Assembly: GCA_013416795.1 (NCBI GenBank)
Contig: RQSC01001207.1
Location: forward strand, 53,366-113,073
Source: Prasinococcaceae sp. CCMP 1430
Lineage: Eukaryota; Plantae; Prasinodermophyta
Length of the DNA stretch: 59,708 bases
Direction of reading: 5' to 3'
Shown here: positions 10,529-19,844 of the stretch, one piece after another
Layout of the letters: the number at the start of each line of letters is the position of its first letter
How positions within the stretch are numbered: the stretch's first letter is position 1
Program-made: the position numbers and the translations under genes
The notes under the pieces: model-generated
Databases searched by the model: none
What the model was told of the DNA's origin: nothing
The model's input: only the letters and a program-made list of their open reading frames with translations

Positions 10529-10613
10529 TTTAGGTTTTAGGGCTAACCCTAAGGCGCGAAAAGATGAAAACGCCTGAGGTCGGGCCCGACATCGATGACT
10601 TTGGGTTAGGGTT
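10529..10613. promoter_or_regulatory. Short telomere-like / telo-box motifs upstream of DEG9
   Basis: TTTAGGTTTTAGGGCTAACCCTAA at about 10529-10552 and TTTGGGTTAGGGTT at about 10600-10613. A regulatory role is inference. Confidence 0.4.
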
Positions 10614-10849
10614 CGTGGTCGTGGCAGCCGCCGCAAGCGCGCGGCCGGCCCTGGCCAGGCGGCAGGCGGCAGGCGGGGCGCAGGCGGCGCCGGCCGGCAT
10701 GGCATGCCAGGCCAGGTCGGCAGCGTTCCCGCGCCGCGCGATGCCGCGCGTCGTTTCTGGCGGAGGGGTCGAGCGACCCCGCCAGGGCGCAGCGCGGCAG
10801 CGGGCGCGCGAGCAGGCGGGGGCGGGCCGGTGCAGCGGTGCGCAGGAAT

Positions 10850-13192
10850 TTACAAGTCAGGCGGCGGCAGCGCGCCGCCGTCTCCGTCATCCAGCGCGGG
10901 GGGCGGCAGCGCGCTGCCTTCCCCGCCGTCCAGCGCCGGTGGCGGCAGCGCGCCGGCATCGCCGGCCGCACCCGCGGGATTGCCGCCTTCCTCGGAAGTC
11001 CCGGCGGCTTTGCGCTCCTCGAGCTCCGCGCGCTTTCGCTTCCACCTGTACGCGGCCTCGAGGATCTTGAGCCCCCCCGCGGCGCCTCCTTCGTCTGGGA
11101 AGACGTAGTCGTAGTACTCCTCGAAGCCCGCCTTGTCCCCAGCCTCGGTGTAGAGCTGACGCTTGCGCTTGACGCGGCGCGGCATCTTTCCCTCGATAGA
11201 AGCGGCGTCGCCCAGCTCCCCCCACGCGCGTTCGGCGTCGAGCCACGCCTCCAGCAGCGCCACGCGCTCCTCGTTGGTGGTGGCCGCCTCCCCCTCGGCC
11301 GCCCCCGCCGCGCTCTTCTTGAAGCCCTCCTCCGCGCGGCGGAAGACGCGGCGAGCGGCGGCCACGCGCTCGCTCTGGGCGACGGTCCTGACGTCGTCCG
11401 CGCTCACACCCTGATGGGCAGCGAGCCCCCCTTCGGCCTCTTCCGAGGGTAGCGGCACGTTCATCTCGAAGAGCGCGTATGACAGCCACACCTTGACGTG
11501 CTGCGTCTTCGACAGCAGGCGCTCGTAGAGCGCGCGCGTGCGCACGTACTCGCCCTCGGCGATCTCGAAGTCGATGTAGGCCTTCCAGACTGCCTCCGGG
11601 GCGTCGAGGACGGGCTGGTCGACCGCCAGCTCGAAGATTGCGCGCGCACGCTCTGCCTCTCCGAGGCTGGCCTCGAGCTCGGCGAAGTCGGTCCACGCAC
11701 CGCAGTCGCCCGGCGCCCACTCGAGGCGCTTACCGAACAGCGTGCGACAGCGGTCCACCTGGCCGAGCTGCATCTCAATGTCGATGTACGCCTTGAAAAC
11801 TTTGCGCTTGGGCGCCAACCCGATCGCGCGTCCCATCGTACGGCGGAACGCGCCGAGGTCGAGCGCGCGCAGCTCTAGCTTGGCCGCCAGGATCCACAGC
11901 TTGCCGAAGGTGAACGCGCGATGCGGCACGAGCTTGAGCGCGGCAGCGTACACCTCGCGCGCGCGGCCAATGTCATCAACAACGAGCTCCTCGAAGAGCG
12001 CGTAGTTGATCCACAGGTACATGTATCGACGCCAGTAGCGTTTCTCCTGCGCCGGAGGCACGTTGGCCACCGCGCGCTCGTACGTCTCGCGCACGCGCGC
12101 GACGAAGTCATCGAATGTGATGCTCTCCTCCTCGGCGCCCTCCTCCAGCCGCACGTAGTCGAACCACGCGTCGTAGTTGGTCGGCGACGCGGCGACTGCC
12201 GCCTCGTACTGCTGCCTCCGTTTGGCCACGACCACGCTCTCAATCCCTTTTCGGTCGCCGCGCTGCTTCTCGAAGGATGTGTAGCGATCGTACAGGGTCT
12301 TGCTCTCCGATTTGGGCAGCAGCTCCAACGCGAGCCTGTAGATGGCGCGGCAGCGCTCGTACTCTTTGCAGCGCTCCTCGAAGTCAGCGAAGCGCAGGAA
12401 GAGCTCCTCCCGCTCGGCGTGTTCTTCCTCGGCGAGCGTCTGCACCGCATGCTCGTACACGCCGCGCGCCGCGTCGCGCGTGCCAAACTTCGTCTCGAAC
12501 TTCGCGAAGGACACGAAGGTCTTGGTCGACGGAATCACCGCGCACATCTGCTCGTAGATGTTGCGGGCGTTGTCGTACTCCTTGTAGCGCAGCTCCATGT
12601 TGATGTATGCGCGCCACGCCTGCTCGTCTGGCTCCCAGCGCATCCAGCGCTCGAAGACGGCGCGCGCAGCGGGCACGTTCTCGAGCATCTCCTCCATGTG
12701 GACGTACTTGTACCAAAGCTGGTCGATGCGCGGCAGGACGGTCACCGCGCGGTCCCACACATTGCGCGCGTGGTTAATGGCGTGCGCGCGCATCTCCATC
12801 TCGGCATAGTTGATCCACAGCGGCGGGTGGCGGTGGTCGACTTCCAAAGCGCGCTCCCACACCGACCGCGCACGGCGGTAGTCCCCCTGCTGCGCCTCCC
12901 ACTTGGCGTACTTCATCCACGTCACGAGCTTCCACCGCTCGCGGCGGACGTTGTCCTCGAAGTGCTTGCGCTGCTCCATGCGGTAGTCATCGAGCTCCGC
13001 CTGGTCGGTGATCTTTTGCGCGGGCGCGCGGTAGGTCGCCTCCTGCTGCGCGCTGGCCTCGCGCACGATCTGCTCCGCCGTGATCTGCACCGCCGCGGGC
13101 GCCTTGTTCTTCACGCGCCCGGGCTGCGGCAGCGGCGCAGACGCACGCTGCGCCTGCATCGCCACCGGCGCATCGCCGCCGTCCGAAGCCAT
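10850..13192 (-). CDS. CRNKL1: Crooked-neck / CLF1 / SYF3 HAT-repeat splicing factor, intronless
   Basis: RVKNKAPAAVQITAEQI, DYRMEQRKHFEDNVRR, multiple HAT repeats, NYDAWFDY, YWRRYMYLWINYALFEE, EEYYDYVFPD, LKILEAAYRWK. ATG at 13192. Confidence 0.96.
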   Translation of the reverse strand: MASDGGDAPVAMQAQRASAPLPQPGRVKNKAPAAVQITAEQIVREASAQQEATYRAPAQKITDQAELDDYRMEQRKHFEDNVRRERWKLVTWMKYAKWEAQQGDYRRARSVWERALEVDHRHPPLWINYAEMEMRAHAINHARNVWDRAVTVLPRIDQLWYKYVHMEEMLENVPAARAVFERWMRWEPDEQAWRAYINMELRYKEYDNARNIYEQMCAVIPSTKTFVSFAKFETKFGTRDAARGVYEHAVQTLAEEEHAEREELFLRFADFEERCKEYERCRAIYRLALELLPKSESKTLYDRYTSFEKQRGDRKGIESVVVAKRRQQYEAAVAASPTNYDAWFDYVRLEEGAEEESITFDDFVARVRETYERAVANVPPAQEKRYWRRYMYLWINYALFEELVVDDIGRAREVYAAALKLVPHRAFTFGKLWILAAKLELRALDLGAFRRTMGRAIGLAPKRKVFKAYIDIEMQLGQVDRCRTLFGKRLEWAPGDCGAWTDFAELEASLGEAERARAIFELAVDQPVLDAPEAVWKAYIDFEIAEGEYVRTRALYERLLSKTQHVKVWLSYALFEMNVPLPSEEAEGGLAAHQGVSADDVRTVAQSERVAAARRVFRRAEEGFKKSAAGAAEGEAATTNEERVALLEAWLDAERAWGELGDAASIEGKMPRRVKRKRQLYTEAGDKAGFEEYYDYVFPDEGGAAGGLKILEAAYRWKRKRAELEERKAAGTSEEGGNPAGAAGDAGALPPPALDGGEGSALPPPALDDGDGGALPPPDL

Positions 13193-13810
13193 CGCGGCCG
13201 CAGCGCCCGTGGGTTCTCGGCTGTTGCGAACAGGCGGAGCGCGCTCCTCGCCCCCGCCCCGGCGCGAGACCCCTCGCCCGCCCGTGCCACACCCTGCGGC
13301 GCGGCGGTGACGTCCCGCCCCTCGCACGCTCGCGCGCGTTTTTTTTTTTTTTTTAGCCCGCGCGACGAACGCGAACGCGGGGTGGCTCCCAATCAAAACG
13401 CATCCGAAATAGCGCGATTTCGGTGTTGCCTTTCGAAAAAAGAGGGAGCGCGCTCGCACGGGCCGACCCCGGTCTACGCGCTAGGGTTCGCATATAGACC
13501 TGGGTATATCATATTCTCATGGGTATACCCGGTCTGATCACGTTCAGACCGTGTGATCCCGGGGCTGCCTGTGCTGGGGTGCGGATGGTCGCGCGGGGGC
13601 GCCGGATAAACGTCGCCCGGCGCCGCGCGGCGTGTGGCGCGCAGCGAGCGGGGCGGAGCGCCCACACCGCGCGCGGCGTGGGTCCCGCCCGTTCTCGACC
13701 TCGACCGCACCTCTTCCGGCGCCGGAGACGATGTCCGCGACGATCACGACGTGCCGCGCGGCGGCCGCCGCCGTGGCATCAAAATTTTGACGAGCATCTG
13801 CCACCTCTGG

Positions 13811-14629
13811 ATGACCTCCTATAATGGCGCGGCACGCGCGCTCTTTGGCGGCGGCGACGCTGTGCCGGCGCCGGAGGACGTCGCCGCACCTCCCGCCAAT
13901 GCCGAGGTGACCGCGTCGGGCCTCGCGTCGCTCGTGCTCACGCCGGGCGATGGATCGACCAACCCGCGCTCCGTTGACAAGGTGACTGTGGACTACACTG
14001 GCTGGACTACCGACGGCAAGATGTTCGACAGCAGCGTGACGCGCGGCCAGAAGGCGACGTTCCCGCTCAACGCCGTCATCGCAGGCTGGACCGAGGGCGT
14101 CGCCCTCATGTCCCCTGGCGAGAAGCGTCGCTTCTGGATTCCCGAGGAGCTCGCGTACAAGGGCATGCCGGGCCGCCCCGCTGGCATGCTCGTCTTTGAC
14201 GTCGAGCTCTTCTCCATCGAGAAGTCGCTCGTCCCCGACGTGCCCGCCGACGTCGCCGCGCCGCCCGAGGACGCCGAGTTCAGCGCGAGCGGCCTCGCGA
14301 GCGTCGTGCTCGAGGCGGGCACGGGCACTGAGAACCCCGGGCCGACCACCGTCGTCAAGGTCGACTACACCGGCTGGACGGCCGACGGCCGCATGTTCGA
14401 CAGCTCCGTGGCGCGCGGCGAGCCCATCTCCTTCGGGCTCAACCGCGTGATCAAGGGCTGGCAGGAGGGTGTGCAGCTCATGGTCGAGGGCGAGACGCGC
14501 CGGCTGTGGATCCCGGCCAACCTCGCGTACGGCGAGAGCCCGCCCGGCGGTGCCCCTGGTGGCCAGCTGTGCTTCGACGTCAAGCTCATCTCAATCGAGC
14601 AGGGTGGCTTCAAGATGCCCTGGCAGTGA
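13811..14629 (+). CDS. Tandem two-domain FKBP-type peptidyl-prolyl isomerase
   Basis: Two copies of P.DVAAPP..A...ASGLAS.VL..G.G...P.....V.VDYTGWT.DG.MFDSSV.RG...F.LN.VI.GW.EGV.LM..GE.RR.WIP..LAY. The start is uncertain; an upstream transit-peptide exon is possible. Confidence 0.92.
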   Translation: MTSYNGAARALFGGGDAVPAPEDVAAPPANAEVTASGLASLVLTPGDGSTNPRSVDKVTVDYTGWTTDGKMFDSSVTRGQKATFPLNAVIAGWTEGVALMSPGEKRRFWIPEELAYKGMPGRPAGMLVFDVELFSIEKSLVPDVPADVAAPPEDAEFSASGLASVVLEAGTGTENPGPTTVVKVDYTGWTADGRMFDSSVARGEPISFGLNRVIKGWQEGVQLMVEGETRRLWIPANLAYGESPPGGAPGGQLCFDVKLISIEQGGFKMPWQ

Positions 14630-14665
14630 TGCGCTCGCGCGGCACATCGCGACCGACAATCGTAA

Positions 14666-16166
14666 TTACGTGCCTGCCCGCCTTACCTCCTCCTTGCAGC
14701 AAGGGCACACCTTGGAATAATTGAGCAGCCACTCAGAGATGCACTCGCCGTGAAAGCAGTGGCCGCACAGCAACCGCGTGAGCTTCTCCCCGCCCTCGAA
14801 CTCGACCTGGCATACGGGGCACACGTCGTCCGCGCTGAAGCCGGCGGTACCCACTTCGAAGCGCACGGTTGGCAGGCTGTCGACCACAGCTTTCGATGCG
14901 GGCATTTTGATGTCCGCAAGCTGCAGCAGGGACTCATATGACATGTCCTGCCTCTCCCAGGTCCCAGTCGGGGCAAGCTGCAGCAGGGACTCATATGACA
15001 TGTCCTGCCTCTCCCAGGCCCCGGTCGGGGTGGGCTCGGGCGCGTACGACGGCCTCGGCGGTCGCGGATCGGGGTGTGGCGGCGAGCGCATGCTGTCCGC
15101 CTGCGCCAGGCTTGGCCACGAGGACGGACTGTCTCCGCTGCCGCCAGGTAGGGCGCCGAGCAGCTCGAGACCGCTGCCTCCAGCGCCACCGAGGCTACTG
15201 TCATCCCCGCGTGCGCTCTCGTTACCTCCGTCGTCTCCAGCATCAGTGCTTGCCCCCTGGGCCTCCGCCATGCTCAGCGACAGCGCCAGTGCCAGCGCCT
15301 CGTCCTCGGAGAGGCCGTCCATGCCCGCGTCATGCGCGTGCGAGTACGCGACTGTGCGCTCCCTAATATCGCGGAACTCCGAAGAGAAGCCGCGCCCCCC
15401 GCTGCCGTTATTGCGTCGCGCCTCCAATTCGCTGAGCAGCAGCGCCTCGCGCAGCTGCGCGTCGGGATCGTCCGGGTCGCGGACCAGCACTTCGCGGCCG
15501 CGCAGTGCCGAGCGCACAAACTCGACGCTGTCGGCGTGCGCTGCGCGCCGCGCGGCGAGAGAGCTCGGCAGGTCGTCGCCAGAACTGCCGCTACCCGATG
15601 CGGTCGGTCTGTCATTGAAGCTGCCCCCCTCGTCTGTGTCCGCAACCCGCCTCGCCTGGTAGCTCGCGTACGACTGGTCCTCGTCCGCGGCGTCCATGCG
15701 TATCCTGGCGAGCTGCGCCTCGCGGCGTTCGTCCGCTTCGACACGCCGTGCGCGGCCCTTCTCGGCCGCCCGGCGGATGGACGCGAGGTGGCGCTCGTGC
15801 ACACGGCGGGTCGCCTCGCGCGCGCGCACGCGTGCTGCCTGGCTGCGCTCGGCTGCTACCGCAGCGGCAGCAGCCTCCGTCGCGTCAGCGCTTCCGCCTT
15901 GGCCCACGCGCATCGCCGTCCTCCGCCGCTGGGCGGCCGCCGCCGCCGCGGCCACAGGCGCCAACCTCGCGCCATCGCCAGCCGCGCCGTGCCGCGTGGG
16001 AGCCTCCACCTCGTCGAGCGCCGCCGCGACGCTGCGGCCCACGAGGCCGTCCAACTGCCCCTGCAGCGTGCCGCCCGCCTCGGTGATCTCGTCCTCGCAT
16101 AGCGCCATTTGTTGCCGCTGCAGCGCGAGCACGTAGATGGCCCAGAGCAGCGACACGTTCGGCCGC
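14666..16166 (-). CDS. RING-H2 E3 ubiquitin ligase (BIG BROTHER/BBR-like C-terminus) with two UIM-like helices
   Basis: CPVCQVEF...LLCGHCFHGECISEW...CPCC; DMSYESLLQL motif; UIM-like DAQLREALLLSE and EDEALALALSLSMAE. The 5' end runs into the single N at 16167 (nearest ATG 16108). Confidence 0.85.
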
Positions 16167-16262
16167 NAGGGATGGGATGGGGATGGGTGAGGGCGGGCGA
16201 GCGCGGTGTGAGGAGGCACGGCCGGGGGCGCCAGGGGAGAGGGCCTTCGCCCGCGGCTCGGG

Positions 16263-16913
16263 ATGGCGTCGTTCGACGAGCTCGACCTGTACGGCGACAT
16301 CGGCGCCGCGGGCGGCGGCGCCGGGGGCGCCGGCGCAAGGGCGGGGGCGGACGGGGGCACCGGCGACGACCTCGAGCAGCTCTCGGTGTTCCAGCTGCGC
16401 GAGCTAGCGCAGAACTTGCGTGGCGAGCGCGACGCAGCGCGTGCGGAAGCCGCCGCGGCTGTCGAGCGCGCAGGGACCGCCGAGCGTCGCGTGAAGACGC
16501 TCATCACGAACATTTCTTCGCTCTACCGCACGGCTGGCGCCGAACTCAAGCGCACCGAGGAGCGCGCCAATGACGCGATCGAGCGCGCGCGGCGCGGCGA
16601 GGATGTGAAGTTGTCCTACGTCTACGCCAGCATCGACAAGCACGCGCCTCAGAGCTACACGGCCATGAAGCCGCAGCAGCCGGAAAACGACAACTCGCAA
16701 CACTGGCGGCATCAGAGGCAGCAAAGACAGGGCTACGAGCGCACGAGAGAGCGCGGCCCGCGCGACTCACACGAGCCACGTGACTCGCGTTACTCGCGGG
16801 AGCGGGGCGAAATTCCCGAGCAGCGAGAGCGCAATGGCGGTCACGGCTATGGCCACCACGCCCGCTACGAAAATCGCGATGATCGCAACAATGGCTGGCC
16901 GCGGCGCAGGTGA
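16263..16913 (+). CDS. FLASH/CASP8AP2 N-terminal-domain-like coiled-coil protein
   Basis: DELDLYGDI followed by a coiled coil ending TLITNISSLYRTAGAELKR, compared from memory with FLASH LDLYEEI...[20 protein letters not shown]. Arg/Glu/Asp-rich tail. Confidence 0.6.
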   Translation: MASFDELDLYGDIGAAGGGAGGAGARAGADGGTGDDLEQLSVFQLRELAQNLRGERDAARAEAAAAVERAGTAERRVKTLITNISSLYRTAGAELKRTEERANDAIERARRGEDVKLSYVYASIDKHAPQSYTAMKPQQPENDNSQHWRHQRQQRQGYERTRERGPRDSHEPRDSRYSRERGEIPEQRERNGGHGYGHHARYENRDDRNNGWPRRR

Positions 16914-17094
16914 CCACCGTACTGACTATGTCAGGCCGAGCGTCCAGGAGGCGTACAGTCAGAGCTAGCTCTAGAGTTAGATAGTACTACAGCAGTCATG
17001 TTCTCTACTCCACGCTCGAGCGGCAGCGCCGTTCCTCAGCGCCGATCGCTGTCCTCGCGTTTCGCACACACGGTAGCCGGCCCGCGTTGACGTG

Positions 17095-18249
17095 CTAGCG
17101 AGTGAGGAAGTCGTTGCGGTGCTGCGTCTTCTCGTCGCCGACCTTAGGCCTCTTGGCGAATATTGAGTTCCAGACCTCCTCGCTCGCACCTGCGGGCCTA
17201 AGCTCGGCCGCGCTGCGCTTGGCGATAGTACCACCCACGCCCCCAGCACCCGTCACCACCCTGACGCCGCCACTTGGCGCCGCGGCGCCAGCCGCGCCGC
17301 CAGCAGCCGCAGCGGGCGAACCGCCGGCTGGTGGCTTGCCGCTGGCTTTGCCTGCAGCCGCGGACTTCTTGGCAGCCTTCTTTGCGGCCTTCTTGGCCGC
17401 CCGCTCGGCTCGCTCCGCGACGAGCCTCTTCGCCGCCTCCTCGATCTCCGCGTCGGTGCCATTGAGCACGACGATGTCCGCCTCGCCGAGGGCATGCCCC
17501 GCGAGCTCCTCGCACGCTTCGCGGCAGCTCTTGAGTGCTCGCTCGCTGAACACGTGGCCCGTGGCGCGGCATACGACGAAGCGCGCCTTGGGGTCACCCA
17601 TCTCCAGCAGGCTGATAGGGCAGGTGTACAGCACGCCGTCGCCACCGCCCTTGCCCTTGCCGCCGAGCCCTTTGGCGCCCTCGTCGAGTCGCAACGTGAT
17701 GACGTCTCCCAGCTTCTCGATGTGCTGGAATCGTGCAGGCAGCGACTTGGCCACGAGCGCACCCAGCAGTGCCTCTTTGTTGAAGAGCGTCCCGAGCGCG
17801 TCGCAGGCGACGGGGGGGCGCAGCACCTCGTCGCTGAGTGCGCAGAGCGCCCAGCGATTCTGTGCGCGCAGCGCCGGGTCGACCGCGTCGGGCTTGGCCT
17901 CGGCGTACATCTCCAGGTATGCCTTGCGGTCTTCGGCGCCAGTAGATCCGCCGTCACCGCCCCCGCCCGGTCCACGCGCCCAAACCATCACCCGTGCCCC
18001 GTCGACAAGCCTCGTGCCGCGCGTGCAAAGGGGAAGTCCCGTACCTGCGCGCGGCAGCGCAACGCCCGCGCACGAGAGCGCGAGCGCCCGCATGTCGTGC
18101 TCGCCATGCTCACCGCCCACCCCGGCCGCCCGCAGCAGCGCCTCGGCGCCGTGAGCGGCCGCGGCGTCAACACGCACACGCCGGGGCCTACGGCCGCCAC
18201 CCAGGTCCACCTCCAGGTCGATCATCGATGGGGTGGAGTCGGCCACCAT
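17095..18249 (-). CDS. RTF2: RTF2-like protein with N-terminal ubiquitin-like domain (plant-type)
   Basis: GGGGDGGSTGAEDRKAYLEMY, WALCALSDEVLRPPVACDALGTLFNKEALL, FQHIEKLGDVITL, YTCPISLLEM...FVVCRATGHVFSERAL. ATG at 18249. Confidence 0.92.
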   Translation of the reverse strand: MVADSTPSMIDLEVDLGGGRRPRRVRVDAAAAHGAEALLRAAGVGGEHGEHDMRALALSCAGVALPRAGTGLPLCTRGTRLVDGARVMVWARGPGGGGDGGSTGAEDRKAYLEMYAEAKPDAVDPALRAQNRWALCALSDEVLRPPVACDALGTLFNKEALLGALVAKSLPARFQHIEKLGDVITLRLDEGAKGLGGKGKGGGDGVLYTCPISLLEMGDPKARFVVCRATGHVFSERALKSCREACEELAGHALGEADIVVLNGTDAEIEEAAKRLVAERAERAAKKAAKKAAKKSAAAGKASGKPPAGGSPAAAAGGAAGAAAPSGGVRVVTGAGGVGGTIAKRSAAELRPAGASEEVWNSIFAKRPKVGDEKTQHRNDFLTR

Positions 18250-18848
18250 GCCTGCGCGCGCCGGCCCGCAGTGTCGGCCCTCAGCGCCAGCCCGCGCCCG
18301 CGCCTCGCAATCGCGTGCGCGCCGGTCTCCGCCACCCAGGACCTCCCCGCGCGCACGCTCGTCTCTCGCCTCGACTGGCGCCGCGCCGCACGCCGCCCAC
18401 CCGACCACTCTCTTGCGCGCCGCGCGCCCTGTGGGGCGGCTGCTGCGGCACGCCGGAGAAGTTTCACGCACATGTTCACGCAAGCAGGCACAGGTTCAGA
18501 GCAAGCGAGAACCCCCCTCGCTCCACCCCTACCCCCATCAATCCCCTCGCGTCCACCGCTAGCTCGCGCAGGCGCCTCCCTCTGAGTGTGTGCGCGTGCG
18601 TGTGTGCGTGCGTCTCAAGCGCGCGCGCCCGCGCATGCGCGGGGAGAGGGGAGTAGCAGTGAGCGTGGTCTCTGTGGCGGAGGCCTGGAGCGTGTGCTAG
18701 CGCCCTAGATGCGCCAGGAGGCTGAGAGGTGGAGGGGCGGGGGGAGGTCCGCGTGCCTCCGCGCGCCCCTCGCGCGCCGCCGTGCACTTCGCGCGTTATT
18801 AGAGCTCGCTATTACAGCCGCCGAGAGCGTCGCACCGGGGACGCGGCG

Positions 18849-19530
18849 TCAGTCCGAGTCGGACTCATACTCGGAGCTGGAGTAGTCCGAGACGGACACG
18901 CGCTCGTCGTCCGACACAAGGTCGAGGTCGACCTGGTCGACGAAGAAAGTTTCCTTCGGCGGCGCGGCGGGCGCAGCGGGGGCGGGAGGCGCAGGCGCGG
19001 CAGCTGCGCGCTCCTGGCGCTTGGCCGGCTCGCCCTCGCGCTCGCCCTCGCCGCCGCCAGCATCACGCGCACGCTTGGCACGCTGCGCTGCTCGCTCCGC
19101 CTCGGCAGCGTCGGGTGCGCGCGCGCCGCGTGCAGCCGCGAGGGCAGCCATGAATCCCCGTGGCGGTGGCGCGAAGAGGACGCTCGCGCGTGCCTCAGCG
19201 TCGCCCGGCGCGGGTGCGGCAAACCACGGCGCTTGCATGCCCGGCTTGTAGCCAGGCGGCGCGGCGGCCGTGTACGAGATGTGCTGCGCGTATGCGACAA
19301 CGTCTGCAGGCGACGGCTCGTTGCTCCCTGCGTCGCATGCCGCACTGCCCACGCCCGTGGCACGCTCGCGCACGAGCGGCCATGCGGCGTCGACGGCCGC
19401 CTGTAGCGCGTCATCGAGCGCTTCGAGGCGATCGAGGCGGCCGTTGTCCATCGCCTCGCACAGCGCGCAGAACTTTCTCTCTCTGTGTCTCTCCCTGTCT
19501 CGTCCGAGAGCGAGCAGGCAGGCGGCGGCG
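18849..19530 (-). CDS. MED4: Mediator subunit MED4 (5' end unresolved)
   Basis: PADVVAYAQHISYTAAAPPGYKPG...APAPGDAEARASVL and acidic tail VDLDLVSDDE...SSSEYESDSD match plant MED4. Nearest in-frame ATG is 19451. TGTAA lies 33 nt after the stop. Confidence 0.8.
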
Positions 19531-19569
19531 GGGCGCGGCGTACGCCGGGGTGGGCGCTCGCGCGGCTCG

Positions 19570-19689
19570 CGAGCCGAACGCGCTCGACGCCGCACCGTCC
19601 CACCTGGCGATGTAGGACGTGCCCGACACGCCGCCGGCCGAGCCAAAATATCCGCCGACGTACAGCAAGCCCGACGAAGCGTCCCACGC
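19570..19689 (-). pseudogene. Isolated beta-propeller blade fragment (LYVGG-F...IARWDG type)
   Basis: Translates to AWDASSGLLYVGGYFGSAGGVSGTSYIARWDGAASSAFGS: a single repeat with no ATG and no further repeats, in a different frame from MED4. Confidence 0.55.
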
Positions 19690-19844
19690 AGGGGGAAGGG
19701 GGGGCGGATGCCGGCACTGGCGCCGGCGCGCGCGTAGCGCGCGCGTGCGGCGCGCGCTCTTTGGGAATGTTGTGCCCCCACGACTATCACGCCGCGCTTG
19801 CCACTCAGCGCGCGCGCTCGCCTGAGCGCGCGCTGGCGGTAGCG

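Noticed and set aside
10850-10960. ALPPPALD repeats at the CRNKL1 C-terminus
   Set aside because: Ordinary low-complexity tail variation.
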